26,869 nucleotides of DNA, taken from positions 1 to 26,869 of IMG/VR virus record IMGVR_UViG_3300012953_003636; one strand, 5' to 3'. Below are positions 1 to 8,493 of the stretch, in pieces. The notes under the pieces are model-generated. The model was not told the origin of the DNA and did no database searches. It saw nothing but the letters and a program-made list of their open reading frames with translations. The position numbers and the translations under genes are program-made. Numbering within the stretch: position 1 is the stretch's first letter; every line of letters starts with the position of its first letter. The stretch comes from a virus (taxonomy: Duplodnaviria > Caudoviricetes).

Positions 1-10
1 CCCTGTAGTA

Positions 11-39
11 TGGACGGGGCGCGTATATATTTATATCAT
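11..39 (+). promoter_or_regulatory. Putative sigma70/SigA-type promoter for the structural operon
   Basis: TGGACG (11-16, 4/6 match to TTGACA), a 17-bp spacer and TATCAT (34-39, 5/6 match to TATAAT), upstream of the first gene of a co-oriented operon. Confidence 0.45.
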
Positions 40-45
40 AGGAGA

Positions 46-55
46 GAACATGTTC
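46..55. promoter_or_regulatory. Perfect 10-bp palindrome GAACATGTTC, possible operator
   Basis: Palindrome read directly from the sequence; it lies at the expected transcription start of the putative promoter. Function is inferred. Confidence 0.3.
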
Positions 56-76
56 AAACCTTTTAGGAGATATTAA
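50..76 (+). CDS. Putative 8-aa upstream mini-ORF (MFKPFRRY)
   Basis: AGGAG at 40-44, ATG at 50, TAA at 74-76 overlapping the next ATG (TAATG), the same junction used repeatedly in this operon. Confidence 0.3.
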   Translation: MFKPFRRY

Positions 77-462
77 TGTCAGCAATGTCAAATTATTTGG
101 AGAATAAAGTCTTAGACTATGTTCTTCGCGATCAAGCAGATTGGGCTCCTGCGTCTGTGCATCTTGCGTTGCATACCGCAGATCCTACTGATGCCGGTTC
201 CGGTGCAGAGTGTTCTGGTGGGTCTTACGCCCGTCAGGCTATTACATTCAATGCCGCCCATGCTACAGCAGGTACTATAGACAATTCGTCCGCTGAAGAG
301 TTCACTAACATGCCGGCTTGCACTGTGAGTCATATAGGTATTTGGGATGCGGCTTCTTCAGGTAACCTTTTGTTTTATGGAGCTGTTACGGCTTCTAAGG
401 CTGTAGCATCTGGAGACACGATTTCTATGGCAGCAGGTGCGCTAGTTATAACATTGGCATAG
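76..462 (+). CDS. Phage virion structural / tail-associated protein
   Basis: RBS AGGAGA at 65-70. Motifs SNYLENKVLD, LALHTADP, GGSYARQAITF and HIGIWDAASSGNLLFYG are typical of a widespread ~130-aa phage tail-associated family. Confidence 0.75.
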   Translation: MSAMSNYLENKVLDYVLRDQADWAPASVHLALHTADPTDAGSGAECSGGSYARQAITFNAAHATAGTIDNSSAEEFTNMPACTVSHIGIWDAASSGNLLFYGAVTASKAVASGDTISMAAGALVITLA

Positions 463-466
463 TCCA

Positions 467-1015
467 ATGGCTACTAACTATCCGGGATCTTTAGATACCG
501 CTACACAACAACCTGCGCCGTCTAGTACTACTGATTTGGACGCCACAGGGTTCGAGCATGACGTAGTTCATACGAATCATTCTGGCGCTCTTATCGCTTT
601 GGAAACAAAGTTAGGTAGTACTGACAGTAACCCTATTAATCGTGCTGTTCTTGTAGGTACTGGTACTGGTACTACGGAGTGGGATTACTCTCCTACGTTC
701 GCGGCTACGTTAGATATTCATACGCCTACAGATAATTACACTTTAGTAATTCATGATGCAGCGAAAATAATTAATGTGAATAAAGGGTCTGCGGTTAACT
801 TGACTGTTCCTCCTAACAGTTCAGTTGCTTTTACTATCGGTTCGCAAGTGTTGGTTAACAATTACGGCGCTGGGCAGGTTACTATTGTTGCCGGTTCGGG
901 TGTGACATTACGCTCGGACGGCAGCAAGCTGAAAATCAAGTCACAGTTTTCTGCCGCTACGCTTGTTAAAATCGGCACCGATGAGTGGATGGTTTTCGGA
1001 AATCTGAGTGCGTAA
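467..1015 (+). CDS. Phage tail fibre-like protein
   Basis: MATNYPGSLD N-terminus, a short helical AL-x-ALETKLG segment, and a C-terminal beta-sandwich signature (LTVPPNSSVAF..G......GAGQVTIVAGSGVTL...ATLVKIGTDEWMVFG) common in phage tail fibres. Confidence 0.75.
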   Translation: MATNYPGSLDTATQQPAPSSTTDLDATGFEHDVVHTNHSGALIALETKLGSTDSNPINRAVLVGTGTGTTEWDYSPTFAATLDIHTPTDNYTLVIHDAAKIINVNKGSAVNLTVPPNSSVAFTIGSQVLVNNYGAGQVTIVAGSGVTLRSDGSKLKIKSQFSAATLVKIGTDEWMVFGNLSA

Positions 1016-1677
1016 TGCAGTTTCAGTATCAGAGCGGTGTTGCAGGTTCGGCTGGTGGTCCTGACACTTCGGGTAACGGTTGGGTTCTTATAGAAGAAGT
1101 TGTGCCTTCGTTAGCTTCAGATAATAGTAGCTATATTCTTGGCGCTACTACTAATGGGCCTTGGACTGATTATCAAACGTTGCAATTAAGGTGGGGTGGT
1201 TCTTCTACTAACACAACTGCTGGTAGTCATCCTTATATAGTGGTTCAAGTGGGACATACTGGTACGAGTTACACATCGGGTTGGGATGCAAGTGTAAATG
1301 ACCATTATCAGGCAAGTGAACGTGGCGCTAATTATTACAATCAGTCGAATCCAAACGAAACAGGTTACGGGTCACAACTAATGGATAAATCGTATTCTGT
1401 TCCTGCTAGGAATAAAGCTCATGGGACGTTCACTATATTCAATCCGAACGACACACATAATTTTAAAACTTTTCAGCTTACTTATGTGAGTATGAGTGCT
1501 GGTTCAGAAGGAAACAAAGCAGGGCATGATATAGTCGGCGATGTATGGGGTCAAAGTGACTGGACTAACGCTGTTAAAAATTTAAAACTTTATATGGGTA
1601 ATGCTAGTGGGAGTGTATGGGAACAAGGTTCGTACATGTTGTTGTACGGTTTAGCAACAGGAAGTAGTGGATCGTAA
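1015..1677 (+). CDS. Putative tail/receptor-binding protein, paralog 1
   Basis: Start reassigned from 985 to 1015 (in-frame TAATG overlap). G/S/T/N/aromatic-rich beta protein ending in GSYMLLYGL. Confidence 0.6.
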   Translation: MQFQYQSGVAGSAGGPDTSGNGWVLIEEVVPSLASDNSSYILGATTNGPWTDYQTLQLRWGGSSTNTTAGSHPYIVVQVGHTGTSYTSGWDASVNDHYQASERGANYYNQSNPNETGYGSQLMDKSYSVPARNKAHGTFTIFNPNDTHNFKTFQLTYVSMSAGSEGNKAGHDIVGDVWGQSDWTNAVKNLKLYMGNASGSVWEQGSYMLLYGLATGSSGS

Positions 1678-2267
1678 TGCCAGAAGTAGGAGATTCAGCT
1701 TTAATACATTATTACGGTGGTGAAACTGCGGGTGATAGTCATTTTGGTGCTTGGCAACCTGACTTAGATGATTCTTATAAACACACTCATTTTGTTATTC
1801 GCGCCGCTTGGAATGGTAATGTTAGTGTTCCCAGTTCCCCTTCCGTTTTTTTTGAGAATAATGATGCAGGTAGTTTTGATACAGGCGCTCATTACAACAG
1901 AGGCATTGGTTGGGGGTATGGAGGTAATCGTTATGCGTATGGGGATAACCGACAAACGTATGGTGTTCTAGGCGCTCTACCTTTTTCTACTGGTGGTACA
2001 GCTTCTTTTACAGACGATGTTGTGGGTTGGACAGAAGGAACTATTTGGAATCACAGCGTATCTGATGCGGCTACAACAATAACTTTTAGAAGCGGCTGTC
2101 ATAACACTTCTGGCACTACAGGAAGCGGAGCGACTGTTTATAACTATTTTTATTGGGGTTGGGTGAATTACAGGGTAGAAACTAAAGCCACCCAAATACA
2201 TATAGGTAGTACTACTTATAATCTTGTTGAAGGTTCACGATTAGATTTATGGGGGGTGAGAAGTTAA
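1677..2267 (+). CDS. Putative tail/receptor-binding protein, paralog 2
   Basis: TAATG-coupled; similar size and composition to its neighbours; ends in GSRLDLWGV. Confidence 0.6.
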   Translation: MPEVGDSALIHYYGGETAGDSHFGAWQPDLDDSYKHTHFVIRAAWNGNVSVPSSPSVFFENNDAGSFDTGAHYNRGIGWGYGGNRYAYGDNRQTYGVLGALPFSTGGTASFTDDVVGWTEGTIWNHSVSDAATTITFRSGCHNTSGTTGSGATVYNYFYWGWVNYRVETKATQIHIGSTTYNLVEGSRLDLWGVRS

Positions 2268-2878
2268 TGGCTTCTGATGGTTTAACATGGAAAGAATCTT
2301 TTGTTGTCACTAATGACACAACATCAAGCCATAATCTTGCTGTAGGGTCGGCTGGGGTTATTTATTGTTCGTTAGCAGGAAACGACGGCGACACAGGTCA
2401 TGTTCAATACGAATACGGTTGGATTTACGCAAGGGTTTACAACGCTACCGACGGATGGGTTGTGAGTAGCTCCTATGATTTCAACCAGCTTTATGCGGCT
2501 AGTGCTTATTTAACTGCTTATACAAGTATGAGTACTTACTGGCCGTATATAGCTATAGCAAATAGTCACGTTACTACCGACGATCATCAATGGGGGGTTA
2601 CAAAAATTGAATACCGTAACATGCCTAATTGTGGTTTCGTTTGGTGGCATGACGAATTTGCTTCAGCTAACGACACGAACACAACAGGATCAGGTTTAAG
2701 TAACGTATACGGTGATCTGGATACGTACCCTCCTTATTCGTGGATTGGTCGCGGAGGAGGTAGCGAAGAAGGAAGCTCAGTCACAGCCACTTATTTAGGT
2801 ATGACTTTTACAGGTAACAGTCATAGTTATTACGCTCCGGGTTCTAGAATAGATCATTATGTATACGATGTTGGGTAA
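2267..2878 (+). CDS. Putative tail/receptor-binding protein, paralog 3
   Basis: Start reassigned from 2249 to 2267 (in-frame TAATG overlap). Tyr/Trp-rich; ends in GSRIDHYVY. Confidence 0.55.
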   Translation: MASDGLTWKESFVVTNDTTSSHNLAVGSAGVIYCSLAGNDGDTGHVQYEYGWIYARVYNATDGWVVSSSYDFNQLYAASAYLTAYTSMSTYWPYIAIANSHVTTDDHQWGVTKIEYRNMPNCGFVWWHDEFASANDTNTTGSGLSNVYGDLDTYPPYSWIGRGGGSEEGSSVTATYLGMTFTGNSHSYYAPGSRIDHYVYDVG

Positions 2879-2887
2879 GGAGAACAA

Positions 2888-3199
2888 ATGTTAAGACCAT
2901 CGCATGTAATGGAAACGGATCCTAATGATCCTACTAAAACTATTACAAGAGAATTGACTGAAGAAGAATACGCAATGCACGAAGCGGCTGAAGAACAGAT
3001 AAATTTGGATCTTGGTTTTGAACGCCATCAACGTAACGTGATGTTAGCTGATTCTGATTGGACTCAATACGCTGAAGACAATCCGTTGTCTGACGAGAAG
3101 AAAGCTGAATGGGCTACGTACCGTCAAGCTTTAAGAGATCGTTTCACAGATAAAACACGAATGTCGGAACTCGACGCTTGGCCTACGCCTCCTAGCTGA
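2888..3199 (+). CDS. Phage tail (fibre) assembly chaperone
   Basis: RBS AGGAG upstream. R..RN..L..SDWTQ...PLS..KKAEWATYRQALRD....WP..P is the recognisable tail assembly chaperone signature. Confidence 0.85.
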   Translation: MLRPSHVMETDPNDPTKTITRELTEEEYAMHEAAEEQINLDLGFERHQRNVMLADSDWTQYAEDNPLSDEKKAEWATYRQALRDRFTDKTRMSELDAWPTPPS

Positions 3200-4215
3200 T
3201 GGCATACGATTATAGACAAAGCGGAATTGACTATCGGGCATCCGATGTTACATATCAGGGCGTAGTAACTCGCCATGAAATAGCCGCGTCTATATCAGGT
3301 GCCGGTTCAGTAAGTTGCGCTATTGTTGAAGAAGCGTTAGTTCAGTCTTCTTTGTCGTGTTCAACGACAATCTCTGCTGCTATTTCCCACACAGCGCCAG
3401 TAGCTTCTGCGCTTTCTTCAGCGGCTTCTGTTTCTTGTTCTATTGTTGAGTCTGCTGCCATAGCTGCCAGTATATCATCTACTGCGTCTACTGCTACGGC
3501 TATTCTAGAAAGAGCGTTCGTAGCGGCAACGCCTTCAAGTGCGGCAAGTTTAGCGTGTACTCTTCAAGCTAACTTTAGTATTGGTGCTACGCCTTCGGCT
3601 TCTGCTTCTATAGCTCCAGTTATCGTAATGGAAGCGGCTGTAGCTTCAAGTGTGTCTTCTGCGGCTTCAATTTCAGCAGCGATAGTAATGGAAGCATCAG
3701 TTGCAGCTACCTCATCGGGTAGTGCTTCTGTTGCAGGTGCGATAGTTGTGGAAGCTCCAATAGCTTCTTCTATCACATCGACTGCTTCTACTGTTGCTGC
3801 AATAATTGAAATAGCTTCTGTAGCTGTTGCGGCTAGTTCAGCAGCGTCTTTGTCTGCTGCTATTATAATGGAAGCCCCAATAGCAAGTAGTGTTTCAGCT
3901 ACCGGCTCTACTGTCGTTGCGATAATCGAAAAAGCTTTTGTTGCTGTTTCTGCGTCAAGCGCGGCTTCTGTTGTAGCAGCTATCGACAGAGAAGCACCCA
4001 TAGAAGCAGGTATTTCTGCGGCAGCTACATGGACATCAGCTATTGTTAAAGAACGTCCAATAGCTAGTGCGTTATCTTCAGCAGGTACTACAAGTACAAC
4101 TATTCTTGTAAAGTACAAAAAACCAGCCGTATCTATTTCCACTTCTACTTATCATGATGTTACGATTGCAGTAACGCAATATCACGACGTTACATTAGAA
4201 GTAAGTACTACTTAG
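3199..4215 (+). CDS. Ala/Ser/Val/Ile-rich repetitive virion fibre protein
   Basis: TGATG-coupled; Tyr-periodic N-terminus followed by 14 tandem 20-aa repeats; located in the tail module. Confidence 0.65.
   Translation: MAYDYRQSGIDYRASDVTYQGVVTRHEIAASISGAGSVSCAIVEEALVQSSLSCSTTISAAISHTAPVASALSSAASVSCSIVESAAIAASISSTASTATAILERAFVAATPSSAASLACTLQANFSIGATPSASASIAPVIVMEAAVASSVSSAASISAAIVMEASVAATSSGSASVAGAIVVEAPIASSITSTASTVAAIIEIASVAVAASSAASLSAAIIMEAPIASSVSATGSTVVAIIEKAFVAVSASSAASVVAAIDREAPIEAGISAAATWTSAIVKERPIASALSSAGTTSTTILVKYKKPAVSISTSTYHDVTIAVTQYHDVTLEVSTT
3262..4101 (+). repeat. 14 x 60-nt (20-aa) degenerate coding tandem repeat
   Basis: Units such as IVMEAAVASSVSSAASISAA, IVVEAPIASSITSTASTVAA and IIMEAPIASSVSATGSTVVA tile 840 nt without gaps. 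Confidence 0.85.
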
Positions 4216-4223
4216 GAGTTTTA

Positions 4224-4511
4224 ATGCCAACATACGATAAAGGAGATCAAGTACGAGTAACGGCTACTTTTACAAGCGACGGCACAAACACTGATCCTAC
4301 AGATACTATTAATGATGTTACAGTTACATGGCGTAAACCTACAGGTGGGACAGATGCAACACCAGCAGCTACTAAAAGTGCAACAGGTATCTACTATGTT
4401 GATTTAACGTTAGCTGAAGTTGGCACACATGCTGTTAGAATTACAGGGGATGAAGGGGTTATAGCCGCAGGTATAGTAGAGTTGGAAGTACAACCTTCAG
4501 TATTCGATTAA
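4224..4511 (+). CDS. Small Ig-like virion structural protein
   Basis: RBS AGGAG upstream. All-beta pattern GD.VRVTATF...DPT...VTV..RKP.G.....TGIYYVD......GTH.VR..G. Confidence 0.6.
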   Translation: MPTYDKGDQVRVTATFTSDGTNTDPTDTINDVTVTWRKPTGGTDATPAATKSATGIYYVDLTLAEVGTHAVRITGDEGVIAAGIVELEVQPSVFD

Positions 4512-6200
4512 ATGGCTAACGCATCAAAAGATAAAGGCATCCTTAACAGGAAAGTATTCTTAGAATCATTAGAGAATAATGGAAAAGTCGCTGATGCTCT
4601 TATAGCTACTGGGGTAACAAGATCTGCTTACGAAAAGTGGAGGCAAAGATTCCCAGACTTTGCTGCAAAAGCTGATGCTATAAGACTCAACTTTCATACT
4701 GAAAAACCTGACAAAGATACACCAGCATTTGAACATTTCAGATCAGAACATTTCGGGCATATGTCTCCTTGGTTTCATTTACGCGCTATAGACGCATACG
4801 AAAACACACCCCCCGGAAATATTACGCTGATTCTTTGGCCACCTGAACACGGTAAAACAACACTTGCTGAAGATTATTTCTGTTACAAACTTGCAACAAA
4901 CCCTGAGTTTCGTATCACAGTAGGTTCAGAAGGACAGGATATGGCTAGGAAAATCCTTGGTCGTATTCGTACTCGTATGGAACCAACTGGTCCATTTCCA
5001 CTATATGTAGCTAAGTATGGTCCTTTTGTTCCACAGAATGCGTCTGGTCGTAAAACTGCTCAAGCGTGGGGAGCAGATTATTTTAATGTATACAAAAAGT
5101 CTGCACATGATGAGCGTGACTATTCGATGGTTTCTTTAGGTTGGCGATCAAAGATTGCTGGTACACGCACCGATCATCTACACATTGATGATATTCAATC
5201 TCGCGTGTCGTTAAATCTAACAGAACAGATGTTCGAGATTTTTCGACAGGACTGGTTAACTCGTCCGGGAGAGAACGGGCGTACAAGTATTAACGGTACT
5301 CGTGTAGGTGAAGATGATTTCTATCAGAGGATTATGACTGAGATAGATGAAGATATTCTTAGAGTGATTCGTTTTCCTGCAATAGTACAAAATGGTGACG
5401 AAGATCCTGAACCTTTGTGGCCTGAGATGTTTTCTATGGAAGCTCTTGACAGGATTAGACGCAAAGTTGGTGAAGAAGCTTGGTCACGTAACTATATGCA
5501 AGAACCTTCAAGTTCTTTAGAAGCTACGTTTGATGATGATTCTATTAAGAAATGTTTAAATCCGTTGCGTTCTACGTTGCATGATCCTCCTAAAGATTGC
5601 ACTGTTTATATTGGTGTTGACCCTGCGTTGGGTGGAATGAATTGTGTTATGGCAGCTACACCGCATGAAGGAAAATTAAAAATACTTTTCTTACAGGAAG
5701 ATCAAGGATTAACTAGAAATGAGCAGATACTTCAGGTAGTAGAAGAAGCAATTTTACGTTGTCAAAAAAATGGTGCAACTGTTTCTGATGTAGTTATAGA
5801 AGCGATGGTGTTCCAAAAAGGGTTGTCTCGTGATGAACGTCTTATAGAAATGACTGAAAGATACGGGTTTAGAGTTAGGGAACATCTAACAGGTATAAAC
5901 AAATATGATGAAACTATTGGGATACCGTCGATGGCTTTATCGTTTATGCGGGGGGAGATAGACATAGCTTACGCTGATGATCCTGTTACTAGGCATCAAG
6001 CTGATGAGCTTATAAGACAGCTTAAATCATGGCGACCTTTGATAAGAGGTACGAAATTGAGGCAAGATAGGGTGATGGCGTTGTGGTTTATATGGATTCT
6101 TTGGAGACAAAGAAAGCAAGCTTTTGCTGTAGACTCTTCACAATTTAACTTTAAAGCGCTACCTTATAATAAGACACGTTCTAAAATTGGAGCTTATTAG
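4512..6200 (+). CDS. terL: Terminase large subunit with N-terminal HTH extension
   Basis: Walker A PPEHGKTT, Walker B HLHIDD, motif III GTR, LWPE...YMQEP segment, RNase H-like nuclease acidic motifs IGVDPA, VVIE and QDRVMAL; immediately upstream of the portal. Confidence 0.93.
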   Translation: MANASKDKGILNRKVFLESLENNGKVADALIATGVTRSAYEKWRQRFPDFAAKADAIRLNFHTEKPDKDTPAFEHFRSEHFGHMSPWFHLRAIDAYENTPPGNITLILWPPEHGKTTLAEDYFCYKLATNPEFRITVGSEGQDMARKILGRIRTRMEPTGPFPLYVAKYGPFVPQNASGRKTAQAWGADYFNVYKKSAHDERDYSMVSLGWRSKIAGTRTDHLHIDDIQSRVSLNLTEQMFEIFRQDWLTRPGENGRTSINGTRVGEDDFYQRIMTEIDEDILRVIRFPAIVQNGDEDPEPLWPEMFSMEALDRIRRKVGEEAWSRNYMQEPSSSLEATFDDDSIKKCLNPLRSTLHDPPKDCTVYIGVDPALGGMNCVMAATPHEGKLKILFLQEDQGLTRNEQILQVVEEAILRCQKNGATVSDVVIEAMVFQKGLSRDERLIEMTERYGFRVREHLTGINKYDETIGIPSMALSFMRGEIDIAYADDPVTRHQADELIRQLKSWRPLIRGTKLRQDRVMALWFIWILWRQRKQAFAVDSSQFNFKALPYNKTRSKIGAY

Positions 6201-8032
6201 TGGCGTATTCTTTTGAGGAAATAGTCGGAATAGTCCGACAGAGACAAGACATTCAGTCACCTTTGTTGTCAAAGATGATTGATATTAAAGATAGGTATAA
6301 CGGTGATTATGTTATACCTCTTCCTTCTATGGACGAAGAACCTGTTCTTCCTCCATTAACTCCGGCTTTAATATCTGAAAACATTGATGCTGTAGCTCAA
6401 AGAGCAGCATCTGTAACCCCATATATAGGTTGCCCTGCTATTGATCCTAGTAAAGAACGTGGTAAAAGATCGAGGCAATATGCTGATATTCGTAAACGTG
6501 CGCTTGCAGCTACGTGGTATCAGAATAAATATAAGTTAAAAATGCGTCGCGCTTACAGACATCTTGCTGGTTACGCGACTACTGCTCTTGTAGTAACACC
6601 AGATTTCAATATGGGTATGCCTAAGATAGAGGTTCGTGATCCTCTTGGTGTTTATCCTGAACCATCTGCGGCTGAGAATTATGATATTCCACGTAACTGT
6701 GCTTTTGTTTATGGCAAATCAGGTGATTGGTTAAGGGCTAACTATCCTGCTTCACGAGATGAGAATGGTGGACCAATAGCATCTGATGAGAATGCACGGC
6801 AAGAGTTATGGGATTGTTGTGAATGGATTGACGAAGAAGATATTGTCATCGGAATAATGGGACCTCGTTATAACCAGTTTAATCAATCGTACCCTTATCA
6901 CAGCACACAGTTAGAATTGTCAAGGTATAAAAATCTTGCTGGTATGCCAGCAGTAATAACTCCGGGTCGTGTCACTTTAGATAAAATTTCTTCTTCAGTA
7001 TCGAACGTCGTTGGGATGGTCGATCTTATGGCAAAACTAATGGCACTTGAAATAATAGCCCAAGAGAAAGCAATCTTCCCAGATCGCTACATCATCGGAC
7101 GTTCAGGACAGGTGCCGATGATAGTAGGAGGTGAGTGGAAAGATGGTAGGGAAGGCGAGGTCAATGTTCTTCTCGACGCAGAACAAATCGGGGAGCTTAG
7201 AGGATCACCTGACCAGAATACGAACATCGTCATCGATAGACTCGAACGTAATGCCAGAGTATCGACAGGTACGGTTCCCCAAATTGGGGGAGAAAGTTAT
7301 GGCGCTCTTCGCACTGGTAGGGGTATTGACGCTCTTATGGGTGCCGCTCTTGATCCAAGGATACAAGAACTTCAAGAGATCATGGAAGGACATCTTCCCC
7401 ATCTCAATGAATGTTTATTCGCCACATATAAAGGATACTTTGGAAGCAAAACGATATCTACATTCACTGGTTATGCAGGCGATTTTGGACAGGTCGAGTT
7501 CACGCCTAACGAACATTTTGAAACGTTCGATAACGTAGTATCTCATTCAGTTCCGGGTGCTGATGTTCAAGGTACAACTATTCAGCTTGGACAGTTGTTG
7601 CAAATGAAAGGTATTAGTCTTTCAACATTTAGAACAAAACATCCGTTTATTGAAGATCCTGAAGCTGAAGGTAGACGAGTTGATGAGGAACAATTAGAAG
7701 AAGCTGTTATGGTTGCTATACAACAGCAAGCTGTTCAAGGCGCGTTGCCTGTAGTCTATATATCTAAAATTGAAAAGCATCGTAAAAAAGGATTTGATAT
7801 TTTTGAAGCTATAGAAAAAGCTGACGAAGAAATTAGAGAAATGCAAGCAGCGCAAGCTCCTCCTCCAGAACCAGAACAAGCTATATCTCCTGAAGAAGCT
7901 ATGGGTCTTGCTGGTCCTCCTCAAGCTTTACCGCCTGAAGCTATGGCACAAGGCGCACCTGCGGCTCCGCAAAATGTGGCACCTGAACAAGCAGTAGCAG
8001 AAATGCAAGCGGCATTAGCAGCAGGTGGCTAA
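6200..8032 (+). CDS. Portal (head-tail connector) protein
   Basis: GTG start overlapping the terL stop; 610 aa; follows terminase; VRDPLGVYP, GE..G..RTGRGI.ALMG and a Gln/Pro/Ala-rich C-terminal tail are typical of podoviral-type portals. Confidence 0.85.
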   Translation: MAYSFEEIVGIVRQRQDIQSPLLSKMIDIKDRYNGDYVIPLPSMDEEPVLPPLTPALISENIDAVAQRAASVTPYIGCPAIDPSKERGKRSRQYADIRKRALAATWYQNKYKLKMRRAYRHLAGYATTALVVTPDFNMGMPKIEVRDPLGVYPEPSAAENYDIPRNCAFVYGKSGDWLRANYPASRDENGGPIASDENARQELWDCCEWIDEEDIVIGIMGPRYNQFNQSYPYHSTQLELSRYKNLAGMPAVITPGRVTLDKISSSVSNVVGMVDLMAKLMALEIIAQEKAIFPDRYIIGRSGQVPMIVGGEWKDGREGEVNVLLDAEQIGELRGSPDQNTNIVIDRLERNARVSTGTVPQIGGESYGALRTGRGIDALMGAALDPRIQELQEIMEGHLPHLNECLFATYKGYFGSKTISTFTGYAGDFGQVEFTPNEHFETFDNVVSHSVPGADVQGTTIQLGQLLQMKGISLSTFRTKHPFIEDPEAEGRRVDEEQLEEAVMVAIQQQAVQGALPVVYISKIEKHRKKGFDIFEAIEKADEEIREMQAAQAPPPEPEQAISPEEAMGLAGPPQALPPEAMAQGAPAAPQNVAPEQAVAEMQAALAAGG

Positions 8033-8493
8033 TGGCAAGAACAGCACCTAAACCTAAAATAGATAAAGCTGGTGGTACACAACCTGCGGCTACTTCTCCT
8101 GACGTTGTTTATGGGCAGGGTCAACAAAACATTGAAGCTCAGAATCAAATAGGTTTACCTGACAATAGAGGAATGCCTACTAATGCTCCTGCATCTCAAC
8201 CTGTTTTGCAAGGGCCACAAGGTATTGTTTCTGCTGGCGCTCCGCAAGCTTCACCTGATGCTTTGGAAGCAGCACGAATGTACAATCCTCAAACGATGGC
8301 TATGAATGCTGCTGACGATGATCCTATTTTAGATATAACTGCTGGTTTGTATAGAACTTTAGATTCTGCACAATTTAGACAAGATCAAAAAGTTACTGCT
8401 GTTAAAAATAGATTACTTGAAGGTTTAGCAGATGCGGAAAGCGAAGTATTACAATCACTAGGTTCGCACATTAAGAGCCGCCAAACACTATGA
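8032..8493 (+). CDS. Small Pro/Gln/Ala-rich protein following the portal (probable virion protein)
   Basis: Coupled to both neighbours (TAATG, ATGA); low-complexity with a YGQGQQ..EAQ motif; function not assignable. Confidence 0.6.
   Translation: MARTAPKPKIDKAGGTQPAATSPDVVYGQGQQNIEAQNQIGLPDNRGMPTNAPASQPVLQGPQGIVSAGAPQASPDALEAARMYNPQTMAMNAADDDPILDITAGLYRTLDSAQFRQDQKVTAVKNRLLEGLADAESEVLQSLGSHIKSRQTL

Noticed and set aside
46-55. LexA (Cheo) SOS box
   Set aside because: The Gram-positive box is GAAC-N4-GTTC; here the spacer is only 2 nt.
3564-4142. 192-aa minus-strand ORF
   Set aside because: Antisense shadow of the Ala/Ser-rich repeat gene; biased codons explain the lack of stops.
7131-7538. 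135-aa alternative-frame ORF inside the portal gene
   Set aside because: Fully nested, with a GTG start and no recognisable protein features; probably a by-product of local composition.
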